This document shows positions 24,840 to 36,499 of a stretch of DNA of 64,000 nucleotides, piece by piece. The stretch's first letter is position 1. Each line of letters opens with the position of its first letter. Where the stretch lies: contig CM059431.1 of NCBI GenBank assembly GCA_030390025.1, positions 148,244,001-148,308,000 on the forward strand, read 5' to 3'. The translations under genes and the position numbers were made by a program. Source of the DNA: Squalus acanthias (Eukaryota). The notes under the pieces were generated by a model. The model ran no database searches. It was not told the origin of the DNA and worked only from the letters and a program-made list of their open reading frames with translations.

Positions 24840-27000
24840 AACCCATTCTCTCAATATCTCCTGCCACTTTCAGGCACCTATGCTCATTAACTCTCAGGTC
24901 CCTCTTTACCTGCACACTCATTAAAAATATGCCATTATGTGAATATTGCCTCTCCCTGTTCCCTCTGCCAAAATGCATCACCTCACACTTCTCTGTATTA
25001 AACTCTATCTGCCACTTGTCTGCCCATTCTGCTAGCCTTTCTATGTCCTGTTGCAATCGTTTGGTAATATCCTCACTATTTGCCAAGTTTGGTGTCATCA
25101 GCAAATTTAGAAATCATACTCTTTATTCCAATATCCAATTAATTTATATATATCAAAAAAGCAGTGGCCCCAGCACTGACCCTTGGGGGACACCACTGTC
25201 TATCATCCTCCATTCTGAAAAACAGCCATTTACCACAACTCGCTGTTTTCTGTCCTTAAGCCAATTCCTTATCCAATCTGCCACTGGCCCACCTATTCCA
25301 TGAGCCTCAAATTTGTTAACCAGCCTTCTATGTGGTACTTTGTCAAACGCCTTCCTAAAATCCATGTAGACAACATCCATTTTATTCCCTTCATCATTCC
25401 TCCCTGTTACTTCATCAAGAAATTCAATTGGATTCGTCAAACACGAACTGTCTTTTACAAATCCGTGTTGGCTCTCCTTAATTAGTTTAAACGTAGCCAA
25501 CTGCCCGTTACTTTTTTCCTTGATTATTGTCTCTATAACATTACCCACCACTGATGTTAAACTGACCGGCCTGTAGTTACTTGGATTGTCCTTACACCCT
25601 TTCTTGAACAATAGTGTCACATTTGCCACTTTCCAATGCTCAGGCACCTCCCCCGCATCTCGGGAAGATTGCAAAATTATGTCAAGCTCCTCCCCCCATT
25701 CCCTCAGTAACCTGGGATGCAAGCCATCTAAACCAGGCGACTTAGAAACTCTAAGCATACCCAGCCATTCTGGTACATCCTATCTATCAATTTTCAGCCT
25801 TTCCATTGCTTCTAACTTTTCCACTTCTACCGATATTTTGTCAGCATCCACTACATTAGTAAACACCGATACAAAGTACTCATTGTGTATTCTAGCCTTG
25901 CCCTTCAGCTCCAAGCATATATCACCTTCTGTGTCCCTAATAGGCCCCACCACGCCTCTTACTAACGCTTACTGTTTACATGCCAGTAGAAGATTTTTGA
26001 CTTCCCTTTTATGTTAACCGCCCATCTACTCTCATATTCTCTCTTTGCCAATCTTATTTCCATCGTCACTTATTGGCACAGAAATTTCGGGTCTCCACGT
26101 GTGAGTACGCGCTGTGTACACACCGGTAAGGCCGATAAAAGTGCCGGTTTTGCGCATGCACTGCGTATACGCGGGAAACCAGAACTTCCATTCGCTTGAA
26201 GGAAGGGGTTCACAGTTCAAACATGTACCCTGGAGAGGCAGCGCGTACGCATCGAACTTCGTCCTTTTTTACAGGTTTCTCCGTGCGGGTACGTCCCTAG
26301 CAGCTGTGCGTGGAAAAAGCAGGCGCAAGGCTTGCTTTTAACAAGGTAAGAGGTGAATTAATTAAAATTTAAAATTTCTTTCCACAGGTTTATCATTTTT
26401 AAATACTTTAAAGAAAGGTAAGTTTATTTTTAGCCCCGTTAAAAATTTTAATAATTTTTTTCAAAAATTAAAATTTTCGTTTAAAGTAGTTAATCTATTT
26501 AATTTATAGTTATTTTAACAATGTGATTTTTTTTATTTATTTGAAGTTTTACTTAGGTTTTGGGGCCGATCTCTATTCATAGATTTGACAGGTCTTCCTG
26601 TCAAATCTATGAATGGCGATTCCCTGCTGCGATTGGCTCCCCATGGCCCACGTGATCCCAGGAGACGCTGCGAACGAGCAACGCCACTGGGATACGCGAA
26701 CACTGCACACCGGCAGCTGGAGGAGGCCCAGGATCGGAATCCCACACGGGCCCACAGCACAACGGCAGGCGCACTATGTAATTGCACCCGCTATGCTTGC
26801 ACCCGCGGGAAGCCTCCGACAAGAAGTTCTGGGCCATTGTATTTATATCATCTTCTCAACTTATTGTAATTGAAATGGTTCTCCTTGGAAGAATTCACCT
26901 GACATGCATCATTTTTTGTTTCATCATCTTCTCTATCTCCCTCGTCATCCAAGGAGCCCTTGCTTTGGTTCTCTTACCCTTCCCTCTTGTTGGAATCTAC
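24840..27000 (-). mobile_element. Old CR1 ORF2 fragment interrupted by a MITE
   Basis: NYRPVSLTSVVG, QGSVLGP. Confidence 0.85.
26075..26835. mobile_element. MITE family 1 (PIF/Harbinger-like)
   Basis: TIRs GGCACAGAAATT / AAGTTCTGGGCC, TSD ATT; homologous to 34111-34856 and 53668-54350. Confidence 0.85.
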
Positions 27001-27725
27001 CACGCATCCGTCACTATAACACTGATATACCGGACACCCCTCGCTGTTACACTCAGATATAACACACACCCTCAATGTAACGCTATGATATAATCCACAC
27101 CTCTCACTGTAACAATCTGATTTATTCCGCTCCCCTCACTATAAACCTCTGTTATAGCACACACACCCTTCACTTTAACAGACCGCTATACCCGATAGCC
27201 CTCACTCTAACACCCTGATATACCCCTTACTGTAGCACTCTGATATACCCCACACACCTCACTGAAATACTCTGATATACCCCAAGCCCCTCAATGTAAC
27301 ACTCTGATTTACCCCACACTACTCGCTATAACACTCTGATATAACCCACACCCTCACTGTAACACTATGATATAACCCACACCTCTCACTGTTTCACTTT
27401 GTTATATTCCACTCCCCTGACTATAACACTCTGTTATAGCACACCCACCCTTAAATTTACCAGAACCGCTATACCCGACCGCCCTCACTGTAATACCCTG
27501 ATATACCCCTTACTGTAGCACTCTGATAGACCCCACTCCCTCACTGAAATACTCTGATATACCCAAGCCACTCAATGTAACACTCTGATATACCCCACAC
27601 TACTCAATGTAACACTCTGATATACCCCACACACTCCACTCTAACACTCTGATACATGCCTCACTCTACTGTTACTCCCCACACCACTCACTGTAATACT
27701 GATATACCCCACACCACTCACTGTT
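27000..27725. repeat. ~32-bp minisatellite (CACTGTAACACTCTGATATACCCCACAC...); also at 24690-24840
   Basis: Tandem units; inverted copy at 63510-64000. Confidence 0.9.
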
Positions 27726-28162
27726 GCCACTGCCACTTTAATCCCTTGGGCTTCAATTTTGGTAATATGTGATACTTTATCAAACTTCTTTTGAAAGGAT
27801 GGGGACATTGGCAAAGTGTGAGTAGTATCAATCATGAAACCATAAAATTGGTGAGACAAGTTGTGTTGACAATTTGTTTGGCGGACCACGATGCGCACTG
27901 ATCACAGGTCTTGCCTGGTTTCAATTATTGAATTTCAAAATCAGTGATTTTAATCCCATTTTATTTTTTATATTTATTTGTTCTCAGGATATGGGTGACG
28001 CTGTCAAGACCGGAATTACATTCCCATCCCTAGTTACCCATGAGCAAATGGTGGGCCTTCATCTTGAGCAGCTGCAGTCCTTGTGGTGAAGGTTATTACT
28101 GTTACGGAAGGAATTTCATGCTTTACACCCAGTCCCGATGAAGGTACGGCGATATATTTGAA

Positions 28163-28572
28163 GGCTACAGTAGCATAGTGGTTATGTTGCTGAACAAGTA
28201 AATAAGATGCCGGGACGAATAATCCTGAGTTCAAATCCCACATGCTGGGGAATTTAAATACAATTCATCAAACAAATCTGGAAAAAAGATTGCGTCAGTA
28301 ATGGTAACCATGAAACTACCGGATTGTCGTAAAAACACATCTGCTTCACTATTGTCCTTTGGGAAGGAAATCGGCCGTCCTTATCCATTGAGTCCAAAAT
28401 GTGACTCCAGACCCACAGCAATGTCGTTGTCTCTTCGTTGCCCTCTGAAATGGCCGAGCAAACCACTCAGTTGTATAAGGTGGCTCACCACCACCTTCTC
28501 CAGGACAATTATGGATGGACAATAAATTGTTGCCTTGCCAGCGACCTCCACATCCCAGGAATGAATAAAAAA
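28163..28572 (+). mobile_element. tRNA-derived SINE with a 3' tail shared with the Zenon-like LINE
   Basis: Box A-like tagcatagtgg, box B-like gagttcaaatc; tail ggctcaccaccaccttctc...aatgaataaaaaa. Confidence 0.7.
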
Positions 28573-28619
28573 TGATTCATGAATGGTCATAATGATTTAT
28601 AAAGGGTTATAATGTATTA

Positions 28620-29530
28620 TTTTATTTTATTCGTTTATGGAATGTGGGTGCCGCTGGCAAGGCCAGCGTTTGTTGCCAATCCCTAGTTGCCCTTGAGAAG
28701 GTGTTGGCCAGTCGCCTTCTTAAACCGCTGGAGTCCCGTGTGGTGAAGGTACTCTCACAGTGCTGTTAGGGAGAGAGTTGCAGGATTTTGACCAAGCGAT
28801 GATGAAGGATCGGTGATATAATTCTAAGTCAGGATGGTGTGTGACTTGGAGGGGAACTTGGTGGTGGTGGTGGTGTTCCCATGCGCCTGCTGCCCTTGTC
28901 CTTCTAGGTGGAAGAGGTTGCGGGTGTGAGGCGCTGCCGAAGAAGCCTTGGCGAGTTGCTGCAGTGCATCTTGTAGATGGTACACTCTGCAGCCACGGTA
29001 CGCTGGTGAAGGAGGGAGTGAATGTTTAAGGTGTTAGGTGGGGTGCCAATCAAGCGGGCTGCTTTGTCCTGGATGGTGTCACAGTATTCAAGTGGCTAGA
29101 CCAGATACGTTTCTGGTCAATGGTGACCCGCAGAAATTTGATGGTGGGGTACTTGGCGATGGTAATCCCATTAAATGTCAAGGGGCGTTGGTTAGAGTCT
29201 CGCTTGTTGGAGATAGTCATTGCCTGGCAATTGTGCGGTGCAAATGTTAACTTCCACTTATCAGACCAAGCCGAAACGTCGTCCAGGTCCCGTTGCATGC
29301 GGGCATGGACTGCTTCATCATCTGAGGAGATGTGAATGGCACTGAACACTGTACTGTCATCAGCAAACATCCCCATTTCTGACCTTATGTTGGAAGGAAG
29401 GTGATTGATGAAGCAGCTGAAGATGGTTGGGCCTAGGACACTGCCCTGAGGAACTCCTGCAGCGATGTCCTGGGTCTGTGATGATTGACCTTCAACCACC
29501 ACAACCATCTTGCTTTGTGGTAGGTATGAC
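28620..29530 (-). mobile_element. Zenon-like/CR1-group LINE fragment (RT to tail, internally deleted)
   Basis: [23 protein letters not shown]. Confidence 0.85.
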
Positions 29531-29667
29531 TAAGGGTTATGATGTTTTATTAATGGTCATAATGATTTATAAATGGTTATGATGTTTTATTAATGGTCAT
29601 AATGATTTATAAGATGTTATGAAGTTTTGTTAATGATCATAGTGATTTATAAAGGGTTATAAGTATA

Positions 29668-30722
29668 TTTTTATTCGATTATGGGATGTGGGTGTCGCTT
29701 GCAAGGCCAGCATTTGTTGCCAATCGCTAACTGCCCTTGAGCAGGTGCTGGTGAGATACCTTCTTGAAACGATGCAGTCCTGTGTGTTGAAGATACTCCC
29801 ACAGTGCTGTTCGGATGGGAGTGCCAAGATTTTGACCCAGCGATGATGAAGGATCGGTAATATAATTATAAGTCAGGATGGTGTGTGACTTGGAGGGTAA
29901 CTTGGAGGTGGTGGTATTCCCATGCGCCTGCTACCCTTGTTCTTCTAGGTGGAAAAGTTTACAAGACTGGGAGGTGCTGCCGAAGAAACTTTGCCGAGTT
30001 GCTGCAGTAGATGGTACACACAGCAGCCACGGTACGCTGGTGGTGGAGGGAGTGAATGTTTAAGATGGTGGATGGGGTGCCAATCAAACGAGTTGATTTG
30101 TCCTGGATGGTGTTGAGCTTCTTGAGTGTTGATGGAGTTGCACTCATCCAGGCAAGTGGAGAATATACCCTCACACTCCTTACTTGTGCATTATGGATGG
30201 TAGAAAGGCTTTGGGGATTCAGGAAGTGAGATACTCGCCGCAGAATATCTAGCTTCTGACCTGCTCTTGTTGCCACAGTATTCATGTGGCTCGTCCAGTT
30301 AAGTTTCTGTTCAATGGTGAGCCCCAGGGTGTTGATTGTGGGGGATTCGCCGATGGTAATGCCATTGAACGTCAAGGAGCGGTGGTTAGACTCTCGTTTG
30401 TTGAAGTTAGGCTATGCCTGACACTTCTGTGGGGCGAATGTTACCTGACACTTAACAGCTCAAGACTGAACGTCGTCCAGATCTTGTTGCATGCGGGCAT
30501 GGACTGCTTTATTATCTGAGGAGTTGTGAAGAGCACTCAACACTTTGCAGTATTCAGCAAGCATCCGCATTTCTGACCTTATGTTGGAGGGAAGATCAAT
30601 GATGAAGCAGCTGAAGATCGTTGTGCCTAGTACACTGCCCCGAGGAACTCCTACAGCGATGTCCTGGGGTTCTGATGATTTACCTTCAACCACCACAACC
30701 ATCTTCCTTTGTGCTAGGAATG
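29668..30722 (-). mobile_element. Zenon-like/CR1-group LINE fragment (RT to tail)
   Basis: GVPRGSVLGTTIFSCF, AQVRSVRVYSPLAW. Confidence 0.85.
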
Positions 30723-30732
30723 AAGAAGGGTT

Positions 30733-33700
30733 ATAAGAACATAAGAACATAAGAAATAGCAGCAGGAATAGGCCACTTGACCTCTCGAGCCTGCTCCGAC
30801 ATTCAACAGGATCAGGGCTGATCTTGGGCTCAAAGCCACTTCCCAGCCCGCTCCCGATAACCGTTCACTCCCTTATCTTGCAAAAATCTGTCTATCTCCA
30901 CTTTAAATGTATTTAATGACTCAGCCTCCACAGCTCCCTGGGGCAGAGAATTCCACAGATTTACGACCCTCTGAGAGAATAAATTCCTCCTCATCTCAAT
31001 TCTAAAAGGGCGACCCTTTATTCGGAAACTGCGCCCCCGAATTCTAGATTTTCCATGAGGGGAAACATTCTCTCTGCATCTAACCTATCGAGCACCCTCA
31101 GAATCTCAAATGTTTCGATAAGATCACCTCTCATTCTTCTGAATTCCAATGAGTATATGCCCAGCCTGTTCAACCTTTCCTCATAAGTCAAACCCCTCAT
31201 CTCTGGAATTAACCTAGTGAATCGTCCCTGAACTGCCTCCAATGCAACTATATCCCTCCTTAAAAAAGGAGAACAAAACTGTACACAGTTCTCAATGTGT
31301 GGTCTCACCAATACTTTGTACAGTTGTAGCAGGACTTACCTGCATTTATACTCCAACCCCTCTTGAAATAAAGGCCAAAATTCAACTTGCCTTTTTGATT
31401 ACTTGCTGTACCTGCATACTAACTTTTTATGTTTCATGCACAAGGTCCCACAAGTCCTTCTGAACTGCAGAATTTTGTAATCTATCTCCTTTTAAATAAT
31501 TGATTGTTTTTTTATTTTTCCTGCCAAAGTGGATAACCTCGCACTTTCCCAACTTAAACTCCATCTGCCAAATGTTTGCCCACTCAGCTAGCCTGTTTAT
31601 ATCTCTCTGCAGATTCTATGAGTCCTCTGCACAACTTGCTTTCCCACCCATCTTTGTATCATCTGCAAATTTGGCAACATTACACTCGATCCCTTCATCC
31701 AAGTCATTAATGTAGATTGTAAATAGTTGGGGCCGCAGCACCCATCCTTGTGGCACCCCACTAGTTGTCGTTTGCCAACGAGAAAATGACCCATTTATCC
31801 CCACTCTCTGCTTTCTGTTTGTTAGCCAATTCTCTATCCATGCTAATATATTACCCCCAACTCCGTCACCTCTTATCTGATGCAGTAACCTTTTATGTGA
31901 CACCTTATCGAATGACTTCTGGAAATCCAAATACATCACATCCACTGGCTCATCCTTGTCCACCCTGCTTGTTACATGCTCAAAGAACTCCAGCAAATTT
32001 GTTAAAATTGATTTACTTTTCCTAAAACCATGCTGACTCTGTTTGACTGCAGTATGTTTTTCTAATGCCCTGCTAATGCTTCCTTCATGAAGGACTCCAG
32101 CATTTTCCCAACGACAGATGTTAGGCTAACTGATCTATAGTTTCCTGCTTTCTGTCTCCCTCCTTTCTTAAATAGGGGTGTTACGTTAGCGGTTTTCCAA
32201 TCCGCTGGGACCTCTCCAGAGTCCAAGGACTTTTGGTATATTCCAACCAATGCATCCAGTATCTCTGCAGCCACTTGTTTTAAGACCCTGGTGCAGGCCA
32301 TCTGGTCCACGGGACTTGTCGTCTTTTAGTCCCATTATTTTACTGAGTGTGATAGTGATGTTCTTCAGTTTCCCACTCCCTGTGGCCCCTTGATTATCCA
32401 TTATTGGGATGTTGTTGGTGTATTCTACAGTGAAGGCAGATGCAATATATTTGTTCAGAGTCTCTGCCATTTCACCGTTCCCCATTATTAATTCCCCAGT
32501 CTCATCCTCTAAGGGACCAACATTTATTTTAGCTACTCTCTTCCTTTTTATATACATGTAGAAGCTCTTACTAACTGGTTAAATGATTCTTGCCTGCTTA
32601 CTCTCATAATTCATCTTCTCTCTCTTTATTATTTTTTAAGTCATCCTTTGCTGGTTTTTAAAAATGTCCCAATCCTGTGCTCTCCCACCAATCTTGGCAA
32701 CATTGTATGCCTTCATTTTGAATTTGATACCATCCTTTACTTCCTTAGTTAGCTGCTGATGGTGGTCCCTTCTCTTAAAATCTTTCTTTCTCCCTGGAAT
32801 ATATTTTTCTTTAGAGTTATGAAATATCACCTTAAATGTCCGCCACTGCATTTCAACTTTCTTACCCTGTAATTTGTTTTTCCAGTCCACTTTAGCCAGT
32901 TCTGCCCTCATGCCATTATAATTGACTTTGTTTAAGATCAGGACATTTGTTTGGGATACAACTTTCTCACCCTGCAACTGAATTTGAAATTCATCCATGC
33001 TGTGATCACTCTTTCCTAGATGATCCTTTACTATGAGATCATTTATAAATTCTCTCTCATTACATAGTACCAGATCCAAGATAGCCTGCTCCCTGGTTGG
33101 TTCCATTACATACTGTTCTAGGAAAACATCCCGGATGCACTCTATTAACTCCTCCTCCAGGCTACCATGGCCAATTTGATGTGTCCAATCAATATGGAGA
33201 TTAAAATCACCCATGAATGTTGCCGTACCACTTTTTTACAGGCCTCCATTATTTGTTGATTTATACTCTGTCCAACAGCATTACTACTGTTCGGGGGCCT
33301 TCAGACTACGACCACCCCAGAGACTTTTTCCCCTTGTTATGTTTTACATCCATCCAAACCGATTCTACATCTTGGTCTTCTGAGCCAATATCACTTCTCA
33401 CCACTGCACTGATCCCATCTTTTACCAACAATACCACCCCACCTCGCTTTCCTTTCTTCCTATCCTTCCGAATTATCATATACCCTGGAATATTCAGTTC
33501 CAAGCCCTGGTGGTCCTGCAACCATGTCTGTGTAATGGCGATCAGATCATACCCATGTGTATCTATTTGTGCCGTCAACTCATTTATCTTGTTACGAATG
33601 CTGCGTGCATTCAGATATAGAGCTTTTATCTTTGTCATTTTACCATTTTTCCTTGTTTTGGCCTTTTTTTCTGTTACACTCTTATTCTTAATCATTCAGT

Positions 33701-34975
33701 CCCTTCCTGTCATATTCTGGTTATTATTTCACCCGTCTCCAGCCTGCTCTATTGCTTTCTCATTTCTCATTGACTTTTAATTTTCCTTCTCATCTGTATC
33801 CTCCCCAGTCCGGCCTCCACTATGTATTTTAAAGCTCTCTCTACAGCCTTAGTTATTCGATTTGCCAGGACTCTAGCCCCAGCATAAAGCCAGTGAAGCC
33901 CGTCCAAACGGAATAGCTCCCTCTTATCCCAGTACTGGTGCCAGCGCCCCACAAATCGAAACCCATTTCTCCCACACCAGTCTTTGAGCCACTCGTTCAT
34001 TTATCTGATCGTATTTACCCGATGCAAATTCGCTCGAGGCTCAGGTAGTAATCCAGAGATTATTACCTTTGTGGTTCTGCTTTTTAATTTAACACCTCGC
34101 TACTCATACTGTCCCAAAAATTAGTGCCGCTACGCGAGAGTACGCTCTGTGTTCTCTCGCGTATTCTGTCTCCAATTGCCGATTTTCTGCATGCACTGCG
34201 CATGCGCTGAAAACCGGCACTTGGTGAATTCAAAAGGGGGCGGTTCCTTGGTGAACCGCGTGCGCGCTACAGGCTGCGCGCACGCAGTGCACTTAGAGCT
34301 TTGGACGCGCAGGTAAGCATGGAAGGTTTTAGACACAATTAAAGGAGGTTTAAGACCCTCTTTTAACAAGGTAAGTACTTAATTACGTATTATTCTGATT
34401 TTTTTTTAACAGGTATATCTTTTAGAGACTTTAAAGACAGGTAAGTTTATTTTTATAACTTTTTAATAGATTTTAAATTTTTTCAAAAATTTAATTTTTT
34501 CTTTAAAATGGTTAATTTATTTAACTATACTTATTTTATTCATGTGATGGGATTTTTTTTTAATTTAATTGAGGTTTAGCTGTTCTTTTGCGGGGGGGGG
34601 GTATAGTATTCATAGCTTTCACCGCCTGCTGTGAAAGCTATGAATGAAAGATGGTGTGCTGCCATTGGCTCTAACAGAGTCACGTGATCCCACAGCTCGC
34701 ACGAATTAACTACGCCTGTGGGATACGAAAGCCCTGCACAGCTGCTGTCCAGAACATCACGTTCGTGCGCGCTCGGACTGAAAAAGCCAGCGCGCAGTGA
34801 GAGATCGCGGGAAGGCCTTACCCTCGCACGAAGGCTCACTGACTAATTTTTGGGCCACTATCTCAGCAGAACCTCTTTCTTTGTCCTACCTATGTCATTG
34901 GTACCTCCGTGGACCATGAAAACTGGATCTTCCCCCTCCCACTCCAAGTTTCTCTCCAGCCCAGAGGAGATGTCA
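30733..34975 (-). mobile_element. Degenerate CR1 LINE (ORF1 esterase half, ORF2, tail), interrupted by a MITE
   Basis: DGLH, YLNARSIRNK, GDFN, FADDTK, (TTCTTATG)n tail. Confidence 0.92.
34111..34856. mobile_element. MITE family 1 (divergent member)
   Basis: TIRs GTCCCAAAAATTAGT / ACTAATTTTTGGGCC (14/15), TSD ACT, empty site at 55768-55770. Confidence 0.92.
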
Positions 34976-34984
34976 TCACCTTGC

Positions 34985-35210
34985 TTATGATGTTTTATGA
35001 ATGGTCATAATGATTTATAAAGGGTTATGATGTTTTATTAATGGACATAATGATTTATAAAGGGTTGTAATGATTTATTAGCGGTCATTATGAGTTAGAA
35101 AGGTTTATAATGTTTACTTAATGGTCTTAATCATTTACAAAAGGTTAATGTGGTTAGTTAATAGCCATAATGATTTATAAAGTGTTATGATGTTTTGTTA
35201 ATGGTCATTA
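34985..35210. repeat. 40-bp AT-rich tandem repeat (TTATAAAGGGTTATGATGTTTTATTAATGGTCATAATGAT); also 28573-28620, 29531-29665, 55443-55650, 60805-60940
   Basis: Units visible directly. Confidence 0.88.
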
Positions 35211-35211
35211 A

Positions 35212-35590
35212 TGCTCGCCCTCGCTGCCCGCCCGTTCTCAGGGTAACCAGGCCTCCCGCTGCTGCCCCCACTCCGCGGCCTCGCTTCTGGGAGAGGGGAG
35301 ACCTCAATGGTGGCAATCGACCCAGGGGGAAGCCCCCGATAGAGAGAGAGAGAGAGAGAGCGACAGACGCCATCTTTGTGCGGGGCGCCATTGCCGCCAT
35401 CTTTGAACGGGGCCGGTCCCGCTTTTTTGCTCCTTGAGCGGCGCCGCCATCTTTGTATAGGGCAGGGTTGCCGCCATCTTAGTGCGGGCGGGAGTTCCGC
35501 TGCTTTAGGTTGCGCGTTTGGGGTCGGCCATCTTTGTCTAGGGCACTGCTGCCTTTCCAGAGGGGCCTGACAGATGGCCGCGCCCAACGA
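35212..35590. promoter_or_regulatory. CpG-rich island with clustered YY1-type motifs (GCCGCCATCTT)
   Basis: Motifs at 35368, 35393, 35443, 35470, 35525; GC boxes. Confidence 0.5.
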
Positions 35591-35954
35591 TCACTGCCTC
35601 CCCTCTCTCAGTGATGTCCCTCCCTGGGATGCTCAGCTCCAGGCTCTCTGTTGGATCATTGTCGAGATATCAATTCCTGCTTCTGTCGTCCCAGTGTATT
35701 TAAATTAATCCACTTTCTTCCTGCAACAACTCTACTGTCCTTCCAACAATGGCTTTTGTTTGGCTGGCAACATCGCAGCTCTGTGCTGTTAGTGGAGATA
35801 AAAAAATCTGGGATCACACTTAGTAATAAAGCACATTCTGTCAAATGATCAGCCACAGCTCAAAGGGACCACAGCACACAGAATTTTACAGAACTAAGAG
35901 GGAAACACATCTCCCTCTGTCTATAATCTGTTTTTCACTCCGTGTTTGTCTGCT

Positions 35955-36400
35955 ATCATCGATCTCTCCTCTGTCTCTGTCACACCCTCTCTCTCCCTGT
36001 CTATATCTAATAATATCACATCGCTCTCTCTCCATCGATCTCTCCTCTATGTCTGTCACCCCCTCTCTGTCCCTGTCTATATCTAATAATATCTCATCGC
36101 TGTCTCTCCATCGATCTCTCCTCTATGTCTGTCACACCCTCTCTCTCCCTGTCTATATCTAATAATATCACATCGCTCTATCTCCATCGATCTCCCCTCT
36201 GTCTCTGTCACACCCTCTCTCTCCCTGTCTATATCTAATAATATCACATCGCTCTCTCTCCATCGATCTCTCATCTATGTCTGTCACCCCCTTTCTCTCT
36301 CCCATCTATATCTAATAATATCACATCGCTCTCTCTCCATCGATCTCTCATCTATGTCTGTCACCCCCTCTCTCTCCCATCTATATCTCATAAGCTCCTC
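35955..36400. repeat. 76-bp tandem repeat
   Basis: atcgatctctc recurs at 35958, 36034, 36110 and onward. Confidence 0.9.
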
Positions 36401-36499
36401 TCTATCTCCAACGTTCTCATCTCTATCTCCGTCACCACTCTCTCCCGATCGATATGTAAAAATCTCTCCTCTGGCTATCTCAATCTATCTCTCCTCTCT

